54,940 nt of DNA from a virus (Duplodnaviria; Caudoviricetes). Location: positions 1 through 54,940 of IMG/VR virus record IMGVR_UViG_3300037264_005663, one strand, 5' to 3'. Positions within the stretch are counted from its first letter, which is position 1. Each line of letters opens with the position of its first letter. The notes under the pieces are model-generated. The model did no database searches, had not been told where the DNA came from, and saw only the letters and a program-made list of their open reading frames with translations. The translations under genes were made by a program, and so were the position numbers. This document shows, piece after piece, positions 37,801 to 46,537 of this stretch.

Positions 37801-38408
37801 CCGCGCTGTCGTTGCTTCGGCTTCTCATGAGGCACGGGCCCGCGACGGCCTATCCGGACCACGAGGGTAAGATCGCTATCGCGTACTTCTTGCCCAGACT
37901 CGGCGTGGGAGTCGAAACAGAGGTATGTCGTACCTACGATCTCGAGCGGTTGCAGACGGAGCGCAACGATCGTTACACATCCATCACGGTGCGGTATGCG
38001 CCGGACACCAACGGTGATCTGCAACTCGCGAGCCGATGGCCGCGGGAGGAACCAGGGAATCTCCCGTTCGAAATGGATTTGCCGGGGTTTGGGGCCGAGG
38101 ACGAGAGCATCGTTGACTTCGTGGCACAGCGGATCTTTGCGCTGTTCGAGGAGGGACGCGAAATCTATGGGGTCGATCTCTTACTCCAGGATCTGAATTT
38201 CCAGCTCGAGGATATCGTCTACATTGATAGTCGGTATCCGAACCGTACTACCTATGGCCAGGTGATAGGGTTCGAGAAAGCATTGACGGATTTACAAATC
38301 CGTGCGAAACTGTTGGATGTTTCCTGGTTGGTACAATCGCCAGGCGGGTGCGGTTACGCTTTCTGTGACGTAGGGCACCGTTGCGACGATTGCTGGATCT
38401 GTTGGTAG
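34824..38408 (+). CDS. Large tail tip protein: N-terminal right-handed beta-helix plus C-terminal hub-like region
   Basis: Repeated GGGI/GGAI...I..C/N parallel beta-helix units; C-terminal DVDLVLNDPEG, DHEGKI, EDIVYID hub-like segments. Confidence 0.7.
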   Translation: MAYAPDAVALCIDACGSFPPDGTCVYATMVSASLGFPRNNIANALAAGFQLIFVTSGTYAGFSVIAPDRIIAGQYDNFLGTSQVEITTAVTAATTLQLLNMNFQTGINAGGGAHVRARDCYLTGTAAGSSCASCSSTVSTSTSELILHRCTIETTATNGARANGAYGFLELNEVTIKRLLGGGTNAVLAENGGHISGTDGVTVEGTWTNAVRVEATGGSIDLTWITANLGGVSNGVSNNGGDIIVRGLDFAGPGIASGAGISNSSNSSNTTIYPNARTGADSQIRDCQRGVDSQASTDLAKLYRTTIHTCRQGVRIDAGRVELYGCLIHSCTGQAATDGGGCYVLNGGDLVIDFWAESSDLPFVDNQVHVTEIYNCQPPINQDGGAIAATGSGSTVTVSGCRIHDCVATGTGRGGAIRVENGATLTIGSYENHPTGSTFDGGEDGRDIWLGWDPYDSGRVDQGAVEITACSAQDGGGISVDVSTLVLTNSRVHANNARNVSAATDGAGGGGIHANNSTVTIRSSLIDTNSTGGSVGAGVHYSNTVAGRNLVILKCDFLDNDPGGGAGGHLYLGGDSDSNGSATNSIFKGAVGSVAVHLKTGTSFNESKNCWFDNDGGSLNSGSIGANSFEADPVFCGLYPKDFALFRTVRINRLSPCAAAGDRSLAFGSEDPFVDPVVGCSGVACGTWQQELPTPSAVSGETLDPGIGTCDYETFAGAYDEDWTAILEQTTGVDHRTIVCLDPGGLGIQLTCILEGMRPLTQSRDVRFQEYQGQDVDLVLNDPEGVMDPAVSGSLLDGVAWEGLKVFVGSWLVGTQRVLAHAIYYLEDVQVEEGKVVFRCKDAFARLQDTQVRANVAIQIVESGGGTLSAATVGVSYAPIETWTITFASAAAFRVRGSISGADGEGSTASDFTSDSGAITISSSAWGGTWAEGDTATFRTVAQYSGNLFTVCRTILVTNTDLSEADLNTTSWDAAVASFSLHEGAFTQRTTTTALSLLRLLMRHGPATAYPDHEGKIAIAYFLPRLGVGVETEVCRTYDLERLQTERNDRYTSITVRYAPDTNGDLQLASRWPREEPGNLPFEMDLPGFGAEDESIVDFVAQRIFALFEEGREIYGVDLLLQDLNFQLEDIVYIDSRYPNRTTYGQVIGFEKALTDLQIRAKLLDVSWLVQSPGGCGYAFCDVGHRCDDCWICW

Positions 38409-38417
38409 GGGGGCCAC

Positions 38418-38669
38418 ATGACGAAGCAAAATTCACCACAGTCCCAAATGCAACCACGAGTAGCGCACGCGGCATCACTCCCACATGCCGGGATGTTACC
38501 ACGCTCTTTCGTGTGCTCGGTCTGCACTGCCGTGGTGGCGGAGACGATTTATGGCGGCGGGTTCCGGAACTGCGGAATGGTACAGGCTACGTCGACCAAA
38601 TGGCTGTGTGCCGAATGTATGGCGAAGGTTATCGCCTTCCTCGAGGAGATGAAAATTGGCCGTAGGTGA
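38418..38669 (+). CDS. Small Zn-finger protein
   Basis: CSVC...CAEC. Confidence 0.55.
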   Translation: MTKQNSPQSQMQPRVAHAASLPHAGMLPRSFVCSVCTAVVAETIYGGGFRNCGMVQATSTKWLCAECMAKVIAFLEEMKIGRR

Positions 38670-39237
38670 GTGGACGGACGGCCGCAATTTTTGGTTCTTC
38701 CAGGCGCTGGTCGAATCGGCCAAACTCGATATCATGTGCGAAAATTCGCACAATCTCCTCATCCAATCCGGGGTTATCTTGTCCCAGCATGCTTACTCGG
38801 GACCGTCTCAAACCCCTTCTGCCCAGCCCACAACTGCAACAACTGAAACAATACCTGTCGGCGGTGTGATTGACGTTGGTGGATTCATTGTAGAATTCAA
38901 TGTTGAGATTTTTGATTCCTGCCCATGGAACAGGCTCCGTGTGTCCACACACGTTCGCGAGATGGTAGCTCTCGGTGGGATTGGAACGGGGGGCAAAATT
39001 CGTCTGTATCGCCACCCAGGACTCGGCACGTCGGCAGCATGGACCCAAGTCGCGGAGTTCTATGAGGACATCAGTCCTCCAGGTCGGCGTGTCTCCCTTG
39101 CTGATGACATAAGTGGTCTTGTTCAGGGATTGTACGGCTACAGACTCCAGGCTTGGGAGGGACTCAGTGGAATCCTTGACATGTCACAGATTGCTATTCA
39201 GCTTGTAAATACAGTCACTGGTGTGTCCATTGGGTGA
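38656..39237 (+). CDS. Putative tail fibre/minor tail protein
   Basis: N-terminal F.ALVESAKLD.M.EN pattern; position. Confidence 0.5.
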   Translation: MAVGEWTDGRNFWFFQALVESAKLDIMCENSHNLLIQSGVILSQHAYSGPSQTPSAQPTTATTETIPVGGVIDVGGFIVEFNVEIFDSCPWNRLRVSTHVREMVALGGIGTGGKIRLYRHPGLGTSAAWTQVAEFYEDISPPGRRVSLADDISGLVQGLYGYRLQAWEGLSGILDMSQIAIQLVNTVTGVSIG

Positions 39238-39294
39238 TGGTCCCTCAATACTTGTTTGTGCAGCACCGTCGCTGGTGTCTCATAGGAGGATCAC

Positions 39295-39792
39295 ATGCAA
39301 ATCTATCGAGCTGCGACTAACTCGGTGTTGGTGACTGTCGCCAGCAACCTCCCATTCTTCGCACTGTTTGGTCCAACAGATCCGAACAAAGTCGTCCGTG
39401 TTCGCAGAATATTCGCCTCCCTTCCGACGCTGGGATCGGCAACCCACAAACAGATAAGTCTCGTCAAGTACAAAAACCAACTGACTGGAGGAACGCCCAC
39501 TAACCTCGGGAAGATATCACTAGACTCGTCGGCGCCGGCGTCGGATGCTGCAATCTGCGCCGTATATGCCACCGCGCCCACTGTGGGCAACATGGTTGGC
39601 GTGATCGGTGCGCGCCGCGTAAACATGCAGGACACGTCGCCTGCTGGCACCGAGACGTCAGACTTCGCGGATTTCGATTTCCGCGACGGTCCAATTACCC
39701 TACACAACGCTAACGAGGGTGTCTGTCTACAGATGGACGCTGTCACTGGGTCGTTCTCGATTTCGGTCGAAGCAGAGTGGAGTGAGGAATGA
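39295..39792 (+). CDS. Putative structural protein
   Basis: AGGAGG RBS; beta-sandwich ending EAEWSEE. Confidence 0.6.
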   Translation: MQIYRAATNSVLVTVASNLPFFALFGPTDPNKVVRVRRIFASLPTLGSATHKQISLVKYKNQLTGGTPTNLGKISLDSSAPASDAAICAVYATAPTVGNMVGVIGARRVNMQDTSPAGTETSDFADFDFRDGPITLHNANEGVCLQMDAVTGSFSISVEAEWSEE

Positions 39793-40577
39793 GCATCCAG
39801 ATCGTCAGCGTTGCCAACCGTATCCCGGACAGGAATCGTGAGCCGTATTATCGATTCCAGACTTTCGTGGACAGTCTCGCGCGGTTTGGTGTGAAGCCTG
39901 GCACGCACCCTGGAGACCTACTCATCCTCGGCATGAACGAGTGGTGGGGTGGTCTTATGACGAAGCCACGCCGGCTACGTGATTGGCTCCGGGGCGACGG
40001 GTGCAAGTGCGACACCCTCATCGTGTGCGACGCGTTCGATATCGTATTCTCGGCGCCACCGGCTGAGATCGAGGCGGCGTACGAGCGGTGGGAAGGGAGG
40101 CCCGGGGCGTCGGGCCCCTCCGTCGTGTTCAACGCGGAGAGGGGCCTCTTCCCGCGTCCGGAACTCGCACACGCCTTCTCCGACAACGGGCTGCCGTGGC
40201 GATATCTGAACTCGGGGTTCTTTATTGGCCCGCCGGCGCAGATCCTCGCGCTGCTCGAGGCGATGTGGCTCGACGATATCGCCGACGATTACCGGAGCCC
40301 CGATCAGCTTCACGGCGGCGGCGGGCGGATGATTCATCCGAACGACCAGGGCTGGTATCAGCTCATGTACGCCGCCCAGGTGGTCCCCATGGATTTGGAC
40401 TCCCGCGGTGAGATCGCGCAATGTCTGAGCGCTTGCACACTCGATGAATTCGACCTCTCAGGTCCGCGGATTCGTAACCTCGTGACCGGCACCGAGCCTC
40501 TGGTGTGGCACTTCAACGGCGGGAGCAAGAACGATCTCATGCCCGTGTTCCTGCAGAAGTGGGGGATTCCTACATGA
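39789..40577 (+). CDS. GT-A glycosyltransferase resembling the PLOD/LH3 glycosyltransferase domain
   Basis: WGGLMTK, CDAFDIVF, VVFNAERGLFP, RYLNSGFFIG, NDQGWY, LDSRGEIAQCL, HFNGGSK. Confidence 0.8.
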   Translation: MSIQIVSVANRIPDRNREPYYRFQTFVDSLARFGVKPGTHPGDLLILGMNEWWGGLMTKPRRLRDWLRGDGCKCDTLIVCDAFDIVFSAPPAEIEAAYERWEGRPGASGPSVVFNAERGLFPRPELAHAFSDNGLPWRYLNSGFFIGPPAQILALLEAMWLDDIADDYRSPDQLHGGGGRMIHPNDQGWYQLMYAAQVVPMDLDSRGEIAQCLSACTLDEFDLSGPRIRNLVTGTEPLVWHFNGGSKNDLMPVFLQKWGIPT

Positions 40578-41107
40578 ACCTCCTCGAACTCGCGGGGCTG
40601 ATCGGGGTTGAAGGATTCCTGCATTGCAACGAACTCGAGAAGCTCGTCGAACTCGCGGTAAACCGAGATGTGCTGGAGATCGGGTCCTACCGCGGACTCT
40701 CGGCGTGGGGCATGGGGATGGTCGCCCGCAGCCTCACTTGTGTTGACACCTTCCGCGCCGCGAGCGACGGCCAACGACAGACTGGTAGCCACACGACTCT
40801 CGATGCGTTCAATCTCGCGGTGCGCCGATATAACCACGTGAAGGTATATTCAGTGTCGAGCGAGCGCGCCATAGATCTCGTCGTGGATGACTTCGATATG
40901 GTGTTCGTCGATGCCATGCACACCTATCCCGAAGTCATCGGCGACGTTCAACGTTGGCGTCCACACGTGCGGCCCGGCGGGCTTCTAGTGTTCCACGATT
41001 ACGGGCATGATGCCTTCCCGGGTGTGAAAGAGGCGGTGGACGAGTGCTTCGGTCCGGCGCCGGATGGAACAGTCGAGGTAACGTTGCGCTGGATCGAGAT
41101 CAATTAG
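40574..41107 (+). CDS. Class I SAM methyltransferase (Methyltransf_24-like)
   Basis: VLEIGSYRGLS, FDMVFVDAMHTY, GGLLVFHDY. Confidence 0.9.
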   Translation: MNLLELAGLIGVEGFLHCNELEKLVELAVNRDVLEIGSYRGLSAWGMGMVARSLTCVDTFRAASDGQRQTGSHTTLDAFNLAVRRYNHVKVYSVSSERAIDLVVDDFDMVFVDAMHTYPEVIGDVQRWRPHVRPGGLLVFHDYGHDAFPGVKEAVDECFGPAPDGTVEVTLRWIEIN

Positions 41108-41658
41108 TGTCGATTACTCACTGGTGGGACCGTTCGGTACATGGGATCCCCGTCGTCCGTGAAATCTTCATCGAAACAGGATGCAAAGCGGGAGACACAT
41201 TGTGGCAGGCGAAAGACAAATTCCCGACATGCCATTCGATCGAGATCAATGGGGCCGCGTATGCCGCTTGTCTGGATCGTTTCCGCGATTTCCCGCATGT
41301 CCAGATCCATCTCGGCGACAGTCGCGACGTGCTCCCGCGCATTATTGATCCCACGCGTCCCACCACATTCTATCTCGATGCGCACTGCGAGGGGGCGCCC
41401 TCGACAGTCCCAGAGGCCGACACCGAGTGTCCGCTCCTCGATGAGCTCGATATCATCGTGTATGCGCGATGGACCACACGCCCCACAATTATCATCGACG
41501 ACATTCATATGTTCCACCCTGGATATTGGCGAGATCCCCATAGTAATTGGAGATTGTTTACCCCAGCAGATTGGCCTCGGTTTGAGCAGATCTGTGAACT
41601 CCTGGCGGATTATCGTTTCCACGAAGACACCGAGAATCGGGTTGGTCTGTGGGTCTGA
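41107..41658 (+). CDS. SAM methyltransferase-fold protein
   Basis: FIETG..AG, HSIEI, GDS, FYLDAH, PLLDEL, IIIDD. Confidence 0.75.
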   Translation: MSITHWWDRSVHGIPVVREIFIETGCKAGDTLWQAKDKFPTCHSIEINGAAYAACLDRFRDFPHVQIHLGDSRDVLPRIIDPTRPTTFYLDAHCEGAPSTVPEADTECPLLDELDIIVYARWTTRPTIIIDDIHMFHPGYWRDPHSNWRLFTPADWPRFEQICELLADYRFHEDTENRVGLWV

Positions 41659-42317
41659 TCCGCTCCCGGTGGCCGGGGCTCCTCGTGAACGAAGACAGAG
41701 TGATTGCAGATGAAGGAGCGCTACAGGAGTGTTACGTTGACGATGTATATGGCATTCGTGGATTGCGGGACGTCGAATTCGCACTGGATGTGGGTGCGCA
41801 CATAGGTGGAGCTTCGGCGCTGCTCCATGAATGTTTTCCGAGTGCCCGCATCGTTGCGGTGGAGTGTTGCCCCGAAAACATGCCGTGCCTCGAAGAGAAT
41901 GTCGGGCACTTCGCTGATGTTCTTCATGGTGCTGTGACTTATGAAACTGGCAATATCGTGCTGGCGAGCACGGTCTACGAGGGATGCCGAACGTCTGGGA
42001 GTAGTGTGGTCGTCACGCGCGAACAGTGGGAAACGAAGCGGGTTCCGTGGACTTGGGATCCTGATGATTACCATCTGGACGATCGTCCATTGCTCAGGTG
42101 GACCATCGAGGACATCGTAAAACTAGTGGGCGGACAACAAATCGATCTCTTGAAGCTCGATTGCGAGGGAAGCGAGATCAGCATCCTCATGGGGTGTTCT
42201 ATCTTCGATCGGATTCGAACGATCGTCGGCGAATACCACGACGCCGCGGCATTTACCGCCGTGGCGCCGCCGGGTACCGAGATGTGGGACGGACATTTGT
42301 TTCGAGTGTCGCGATGA
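41649..42317 (+). CDS. FkbM-family methyltransferase
   Basis: LDVGAHIG, IDLLKLDCEGSE, IVGEYH. Confidence 0.9.
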   Translation: MGLIRSRWPGLLVNEDRVIADEGALQECYVDDVYGIRGLRDVEFALDVGAHIGGASALLHECFPSARIVAVECCPENMPCLEENVGHFADVLHGAVTYETGNIVLASTVYEGCRTSGSSVVVTREQWETKRVPWTWDPDDYHLDDRPLLRWTIEDIVKLVGGQQIDLLKLDCEGSEISILMGCSIFDRIRTIVGEYHDAAAFTAVAPPGTEMWDGHLFRVSR

Positions 42318-42436
42318 TCTATCGGTGTCACCCCCATACCGGGCCATCAATCTGGGAGTTCCTGATCGTCCTCGCGGCATTGTTGGCTGTGGGGTCGCTC
42401 TTGGGTTGGCTGACTGGCAGGAAGATGTTCGGATGA
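42314..42436 (+). CDS. 40-aa membrane peptide
   Basis: ATGA overlaps on both sides; hydrophobic helix. Confidence 0.5.
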   Translation: MIYRCHPHTGPSIWEFLIVLAALLAVGSLLGWLTGRKMFG

Positions 42437-43929
42437 AGCCGGCGGTCTGCCTCATCACTCCACCGTCAACGTTCCTCCTCGACGAACGGGTTTTCGTGTC
42501 GTTGGGCATCCTGCGGGTGGCTGCGGTTCTCGAACGGGCCATGTTTCACGTGGAACATCTGGACCTATCGGGGATCGAGAATTACGAGGAAGCGGTGTCC
42601 GACTATGCCTCGCGCACTACAGCCACGGTTTTCGGGCTGACAGCCACGACGCCCCAGATGCCGGCGACCACCAAGATCCTGTCTCGACTGCGCCGGGGCC
42701 GTCCTGGCGTCCGGCTGGTATTGGGTGGCCCCCACGCTACTCTCGTCGCAGCCGCGCGCAGGAGAGAGGCCAAGGCGGGCACTCCGGGGCGGGCCACGGT
42801 CGCCTTCCAGAATATGTCTTCGTTGGTTGATGTGGTTGTCGCCGGCGACGGCGAGGGCGCCATATTCCGCGCTCTTGAGGATGAGCCACCGGCGTTCATT
42901 GATGCCGATGATCCGAAGTCTGATCTGTGGCTTACTGACGAATCTTATGAGACGTTGCCATTCCCGGCTCGGCACCTCGTGGACATGGACTCCTATCACT
43001 ATTCGGTCGAGGGAGAACGGGCAACCTCCATGATCGCGCAGTTGGGGTGCCCGTTCGAGTGCTCGTTTTGCGGCGGCCGGCTCTCCTCTATGTTGCGCAG
43101 AATCCGGACACGCAGCACTTGGTCGGTCGTCGCGGAAATTCGGCATCTCTTTGAAAGTTACGGTGTCCGCGGGATCATGATGTACGACGACGAGTTGAAC
43201 GTCAACAAACAATGCGTCCAACTCATGCGGGCCATCGCGGATCTGGGACGCGATCTAGGGATCGAGTTTAGGCTCCGCGGATTCATCAAGGCGGAACTGT
43301 TCACCGAGGAACAGGCCGAGGCCATGCATGCTGCGGGTTTCCGGTGGATCCTCGTGGGTTTCGAATCGGGATCGCCACGCGTGCTCACGAACATCAACAA
43401 GAAAGCCACACGCGAAGACAATTCGCGCTGCCTCGCGATTGCGCGCCGGCATGGGCTCAAGGTGAAGGCGCTCATGTCGATCGGTCATCCGGGGGAAAAC
43501 TTCGAAACAGTCCAACAGACGCGCGATTGGTTACTCGAGGAGAAGCCTGACGATTTCGACTGCACGGTGATTTCTTGCTATCCTGGGACTCCGTACTATG
43601 ATCACGCCATACAAACGTCTCCCGATGTCTGGACTTACACTGTGCCGCGCACCGGGGACAAACTGCACGCGGTGGACGTCGATTACAGTACCACCGCGGA
43701 CGCATACAAGGGAGTCCCAGGCGACTACCGCGCTTACGTTTTCACCGACTACTTGAGAAGCCAAGATCTAGTCGCCTTGCGTGATTCGCTCGAGTCCGAT
43801 GTGCGCAGGATTCTTGGGATCCCGTTCAACTCCGGCGCTCCTGGCGTGAGATATGAGGCCTCAATGGGACAATTTCCAGGTCATATTCTGCGTCACTCAA
43901 TAAACACTGGGGTGGCAGCGTGCGCGTAG
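42433..43929 (+). CDS. Cobalamin-binding radical SAM enzyme (class B methyltransferase-like)
   Basis: SLGILRVAAVL, VLGGPHAT, GDGE, GCPFECSFC (CX3CX2C), GFESGS, GHPGE, YPGT. Confidence 0.92.
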   Translation: MKPAVCLITPPSTFLLDERVFVSLGILRVAAVLERAMFHVEHLDLSGIENYEEAVSDYASRTTATVFGLTATTPQMPATTKILSRLRRGRPGVRLVLGGPHATLVAAARRREAKAGTPGRATVAFQNMSSLVDVVVAGDGEGAIFRALEDEPPAFIDADDPKSDLWLTDESYETLPFPARHLVDMDSYHYSVEGERATSMIAQLGCPFECSFCGGRLSSMLRRIRTRSTWSVVAEIRHLFESYGVRGIMMYDDELNVNKQCVQLMRAIADLGRDLGIEFRLRGFIKAELFTEEQAEAMHAAGFRWILVGFESGSPRVLTNINKKATREDNSRCLAIARRHGLKVKALMSIGHPGENFETVQQTRDWLLEEKPDDFDCTVISCYPGTPYYDHAIQTSPDVWTYTVPRTGDKLHAVDVDYSTTADAYKGVPGDYRAYVFTDYLRSQDLVALRDSLESDVRRILGIPFNSGAPGVRYEASMGQFPGHILRHSINTGVAACA

Positions 43930-44921
43930 CGTTCCTCCTGTCAAATCTCGGCGGCTCGCCTCTCACCATCGGGCTCGAGCGCGGCATGCGCCTCCTCGGT
44001 CATCAAGTTGTGGACTACACGCCGGATGGAAACTGGGACCTTTTGTTGGTGTTTAATCAATGCGCCCACGTTACGAACTACGCCTATCCTCCGCTCCCAC
44101 CGAAAAATCACGGCCGGCGCATTGCTTTCATTGATACCGCCGAGTACGGATGGACGAAACGAGTGAAGGAGCCAATCGGCACCTACTGGAATGCGTTCGC
44201 TGAGGGCAGCATGACACACGACACCAAGAATCCTGAACAGCAGACGCTGTTGCGCGATTGGCTCGATTGCCAGTCGTTCCCATACTTCGTGCGGGAATTC
44301 TGGAATGCGTGGGCGTTCCCGGCGGCGTACCATCCGATCGATTATCCGCTCTACCAGCCAAGCGCGCACCGGCGGGCGCCAAAACGTGATGAATATCTCA
44401 GGAGGACAACCCAAGTCGCGTGCCTGTGGGGACTGTCTAATCCGTGGAGGGTGAACCTCACAGCGGAGATGGAGGCGTCTCCAGTCGTTAAGGATGTTTA
44501 CGTCATCGAGCGTGATGGTCCGCGGCTCCCACAATTCGGACCGCGCGGATATTTCGAGCGCCTCGAGGCCGCTCGTTGTTCGGTGTCCTTTGACGGCTAC
44601 GGCTCCGGATCGTTTCGCATGACGGAGGTCCTCTGTAGGACTCTGCTCATGCAGGGCCCGCTCGCCATCAAAACCCACGCACCACTCATCCACGGTGACA
44701 CGTGTTGGGCCTACTGCGTATGGGTGGACGGCGAGCATTATGTCCGCAGCGACCTCGTCGAACAGATTCAGGCGGCGATGGCTGACCCAGAGAGGTGCTT
44801 CGAGATTCATCATCGCGGGTTCAATCATTGTATGGCGCATCTTACCGAGCGGGCGACCGCGGAGTATGTGCTCCGCGTGATTGACGCTCACGACTTGAAC
44901 CAAGTGACGAGGATCTATTAG
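43920..44921 (+). CDS. Putative GT-B glycosyltransferase
   Basis: LERGMRLLGHQV; C-terminal YFERL..ARCSVSF.G.G..SFRMTEV...TLL. Confidence 0.6.
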   Translation: MRVAFLLSNLGGSPLTIGLERGMRLLGHQVVDYTPDGNWDLLLVFNQCAHVTNYAYPPLPPKNHGRRIAFIDTAEYGWTKRVKEPIGTYWNAFAEGSMTHDTKNPEQQTLLRDWLDCQSFPYFVREFWNAWAFPAAYHPIDYPLYQPSAHRRAPKRDEYLRRTTQVACLWGLSNPWRVNLTAEMEASPVVKDVYVIERDGPRLPQFGPRGYFERLEAARCSVSFDGYGSGSFRMTEVLCRTLLMQGPLAIKTHAPLIHGDTCWAYCVWVDGEHYVRSDLVEQIQAAMADPERCFEIHHRGFNHCMAHLTERATAEYVLRVIDAHDLNQVTRIY

Positions 44922-44934
44922 TGGGGGAACATCA

Positions 44935-45480
44935 ATGACACTCCGATCTGCGCTTCCTTCCGATACTCGCTATCGCAGCGAGACTGACGTGTACCGGCAT
45001 GTGGTGCTGCCGTGGATTCCGCAGGAAGGAAACGGGCTGGACATTGGGCATGGGGGAGATCCGATAGTTCCATGGGCGGCTACCGTGGACAAGGGCGATG
45101 TCCACATGTCGAATTGCGGCGAACACCCGACGAATTTCTCCGGCGACGCATCGCATCTCCCCTGGTTCACGGATGGAGCGCTGGACTGGATCTACAGCTC
45201 CCACTGCCTCGAGGATTTCGAGGACACGGAATCCGTACTGCGTGAGTGGTTGCGTGTACTACGGGTGGGAGGACGCCTTGTCCTTCTTCTGCCTGACCAG
45301 CGACGCTACGTCGCGCACTGCATCGCTGACGGCACAGAGCCCAACGGCGCCCATAAACATGGAGATTTTGGGCTCACATATATGGAAGCCATCGCTGCTC
45401 GAATCGGCGGTTTGCGCGAGGTCTTTCGTTGGGACCCAGGCGAGGGATACAACTTCGCCGTGGCTTACGAGAAAATCTGA
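44935..45480 (+). CDS. Class I SAM methyltransferase (Methyltransf_11-like)
   Basis: GLDIGHGG, LDWIYSSHCLED, EWLRVLRVGGRLVLLLP. Confidence 0.9.
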   Translation: MTLRSALPSDTRYRSETDVYRHVVLPWIPQEGNGLDIGHGGDPIVPWAATVDKGDVHMSNCGEHPTNFSGDASHLPWFTDGALDWIYSSHCLEDFEDTESVLREWLRVLRVGGRLVLLLPDQRRYVAHCIADGTEPNGAHKHGDFGLTYMEAIAARIGGLREVFRWDPGEGYNFAVAYEKI

Positions 45481-45620
45481 CATCGCCCCCGGGTGCAGCG
45501 AGGGTGGGAGTGTCGGCGTCGTGGTTGCGTCGGCACGGAGGGCCGTCCGTCCGGTTCCGCGGCTCCGGAACGTGTGGCCGGCGAGGTAGCGACTCGGGGG
45601 CGCCACCAGGAGACGACGCG

Positions 45621-45851
45621 ATGCCGTGGCAAGTTGAAGGCGTGGCGGCGAAGTATGGCTGCTGGCGCCGCGCGTGTGCAGTCGCACTCACCAGGGCCAA
45701 GAAAGGCTGGTCATCTACGGTGCGCTGGGTCGGACACAAAAAACAATTTCCGAACAGCGATCCCATGAACCTCGATTTCGTCATGCACGCTGACGGCAGT
45801 AAGGATTACTCCATCGACCCGACGTGGAGCGGACACCCGACACCACCGTGA
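45621..45851 (+). CDS. Hypothetical protein
   Basis: AGGAG upstream. Confidence 0.45.
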   Translation: MPWQVEGVAAKYGCWRRACAVALTRAKKGWSSTVRWVGHKKQFPNSDPMNLDFVMHADGSKDYSIDPTWSGHPTPP

Positions 45852-45867
45852 GATGTGAGCGGAATAG

Positions 45868-46227
45868 ATGGAGGGTCTCCTGATGGCGCCGGATTCGAGC
45901 CACGACCAAGTTACTCTAATCCATCTGACGGAGGGTATTGGTCATCTCAAGGGATCGGTCGGTGCATTGTCGCTGCAAGTCGCTGCGATTCAGACTGAAC
46001 AGATGAACATCCGTCGAGAGATCGGCCAGGGGCTGACCGATGTGCGCCGCGAGATGAAGGCGGATATCCAGGCGATAGCGAATGGTGCGAAGTCGTCGAG
46101 CGGAGATAACGAAGACGAGATCCGCAAGGTGCGAGAGAAGATCGTGTTTGCGTCTGGATGGGTAGCGGCGGCTGGTGTCATTGTCGGATTCCTGGTCCCA
46201 TGGGCCCTCAAAAAGTGGGGTGGATGA
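45868..46227 (+). CDS. Coiled-coil protein with C-terminal TM (XhlA/holin-like)
   Basis: Architecture and position after the structural genes. Confidence 0.55.
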   Translation: MEGLLMAPDSSHDQVTLIHLTEGIGHLKGSVGALSLQVAAIQTEQMNIRREIGQGLTDVRREMKADIQAIANGAKSSSGDNEDEIRKVREKIVFASGWVAAAGVIVGFLVPWALKKWGG

Positions 46228-46537
46228 CGTGGATCTCTCCGGCTTTATGCTCTTCCTCTCTGTTGTGGGCACACTCTCTTACGGCACGGTCGGGACGGTG
46301 CTGGTCTTGCCGGCAGAATCCAGTACAATGCTCAGACTCATTGGTGGCATGCTCCTCGTGACGTCTGCTCTCTTCTTTCTGTCAGCCTTCTATTATTTCG
46401 CCAGTGCGGGGGGCGACTCCGGCGCGGCATCGGCGATGCTCGATTCGCGCGTCGTGTTCTTCGTGATCGCGGATATCCTCGCAGTCTCCGCGATGGTCAA
46501 ACTACTCCGAGAATCGAAAGGGAGACGGAAACAGTGA
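46220..46537 (+). CDS. Three-TM membrane protein (possible holin)
   Basis: Three hydrophobic helices; basic C-terminus. Confidence 0.5.
   Translation: MDDVDLSGFMLFLSVVGTLSYGTVGTVLVLPAESSTMLRLIGGMLLVTSALFFLSAFYYFASAGGDSGAASAMLDSRVVFFVIADILAVSAMVKLLRESKGRRKQ

Noticed and set aside
45484-45602. tRNA or cobalamin riboswitch
   Set aside because: No T-loop/anticodon cloverleaf, and no recognisable B12-box or conserved core.
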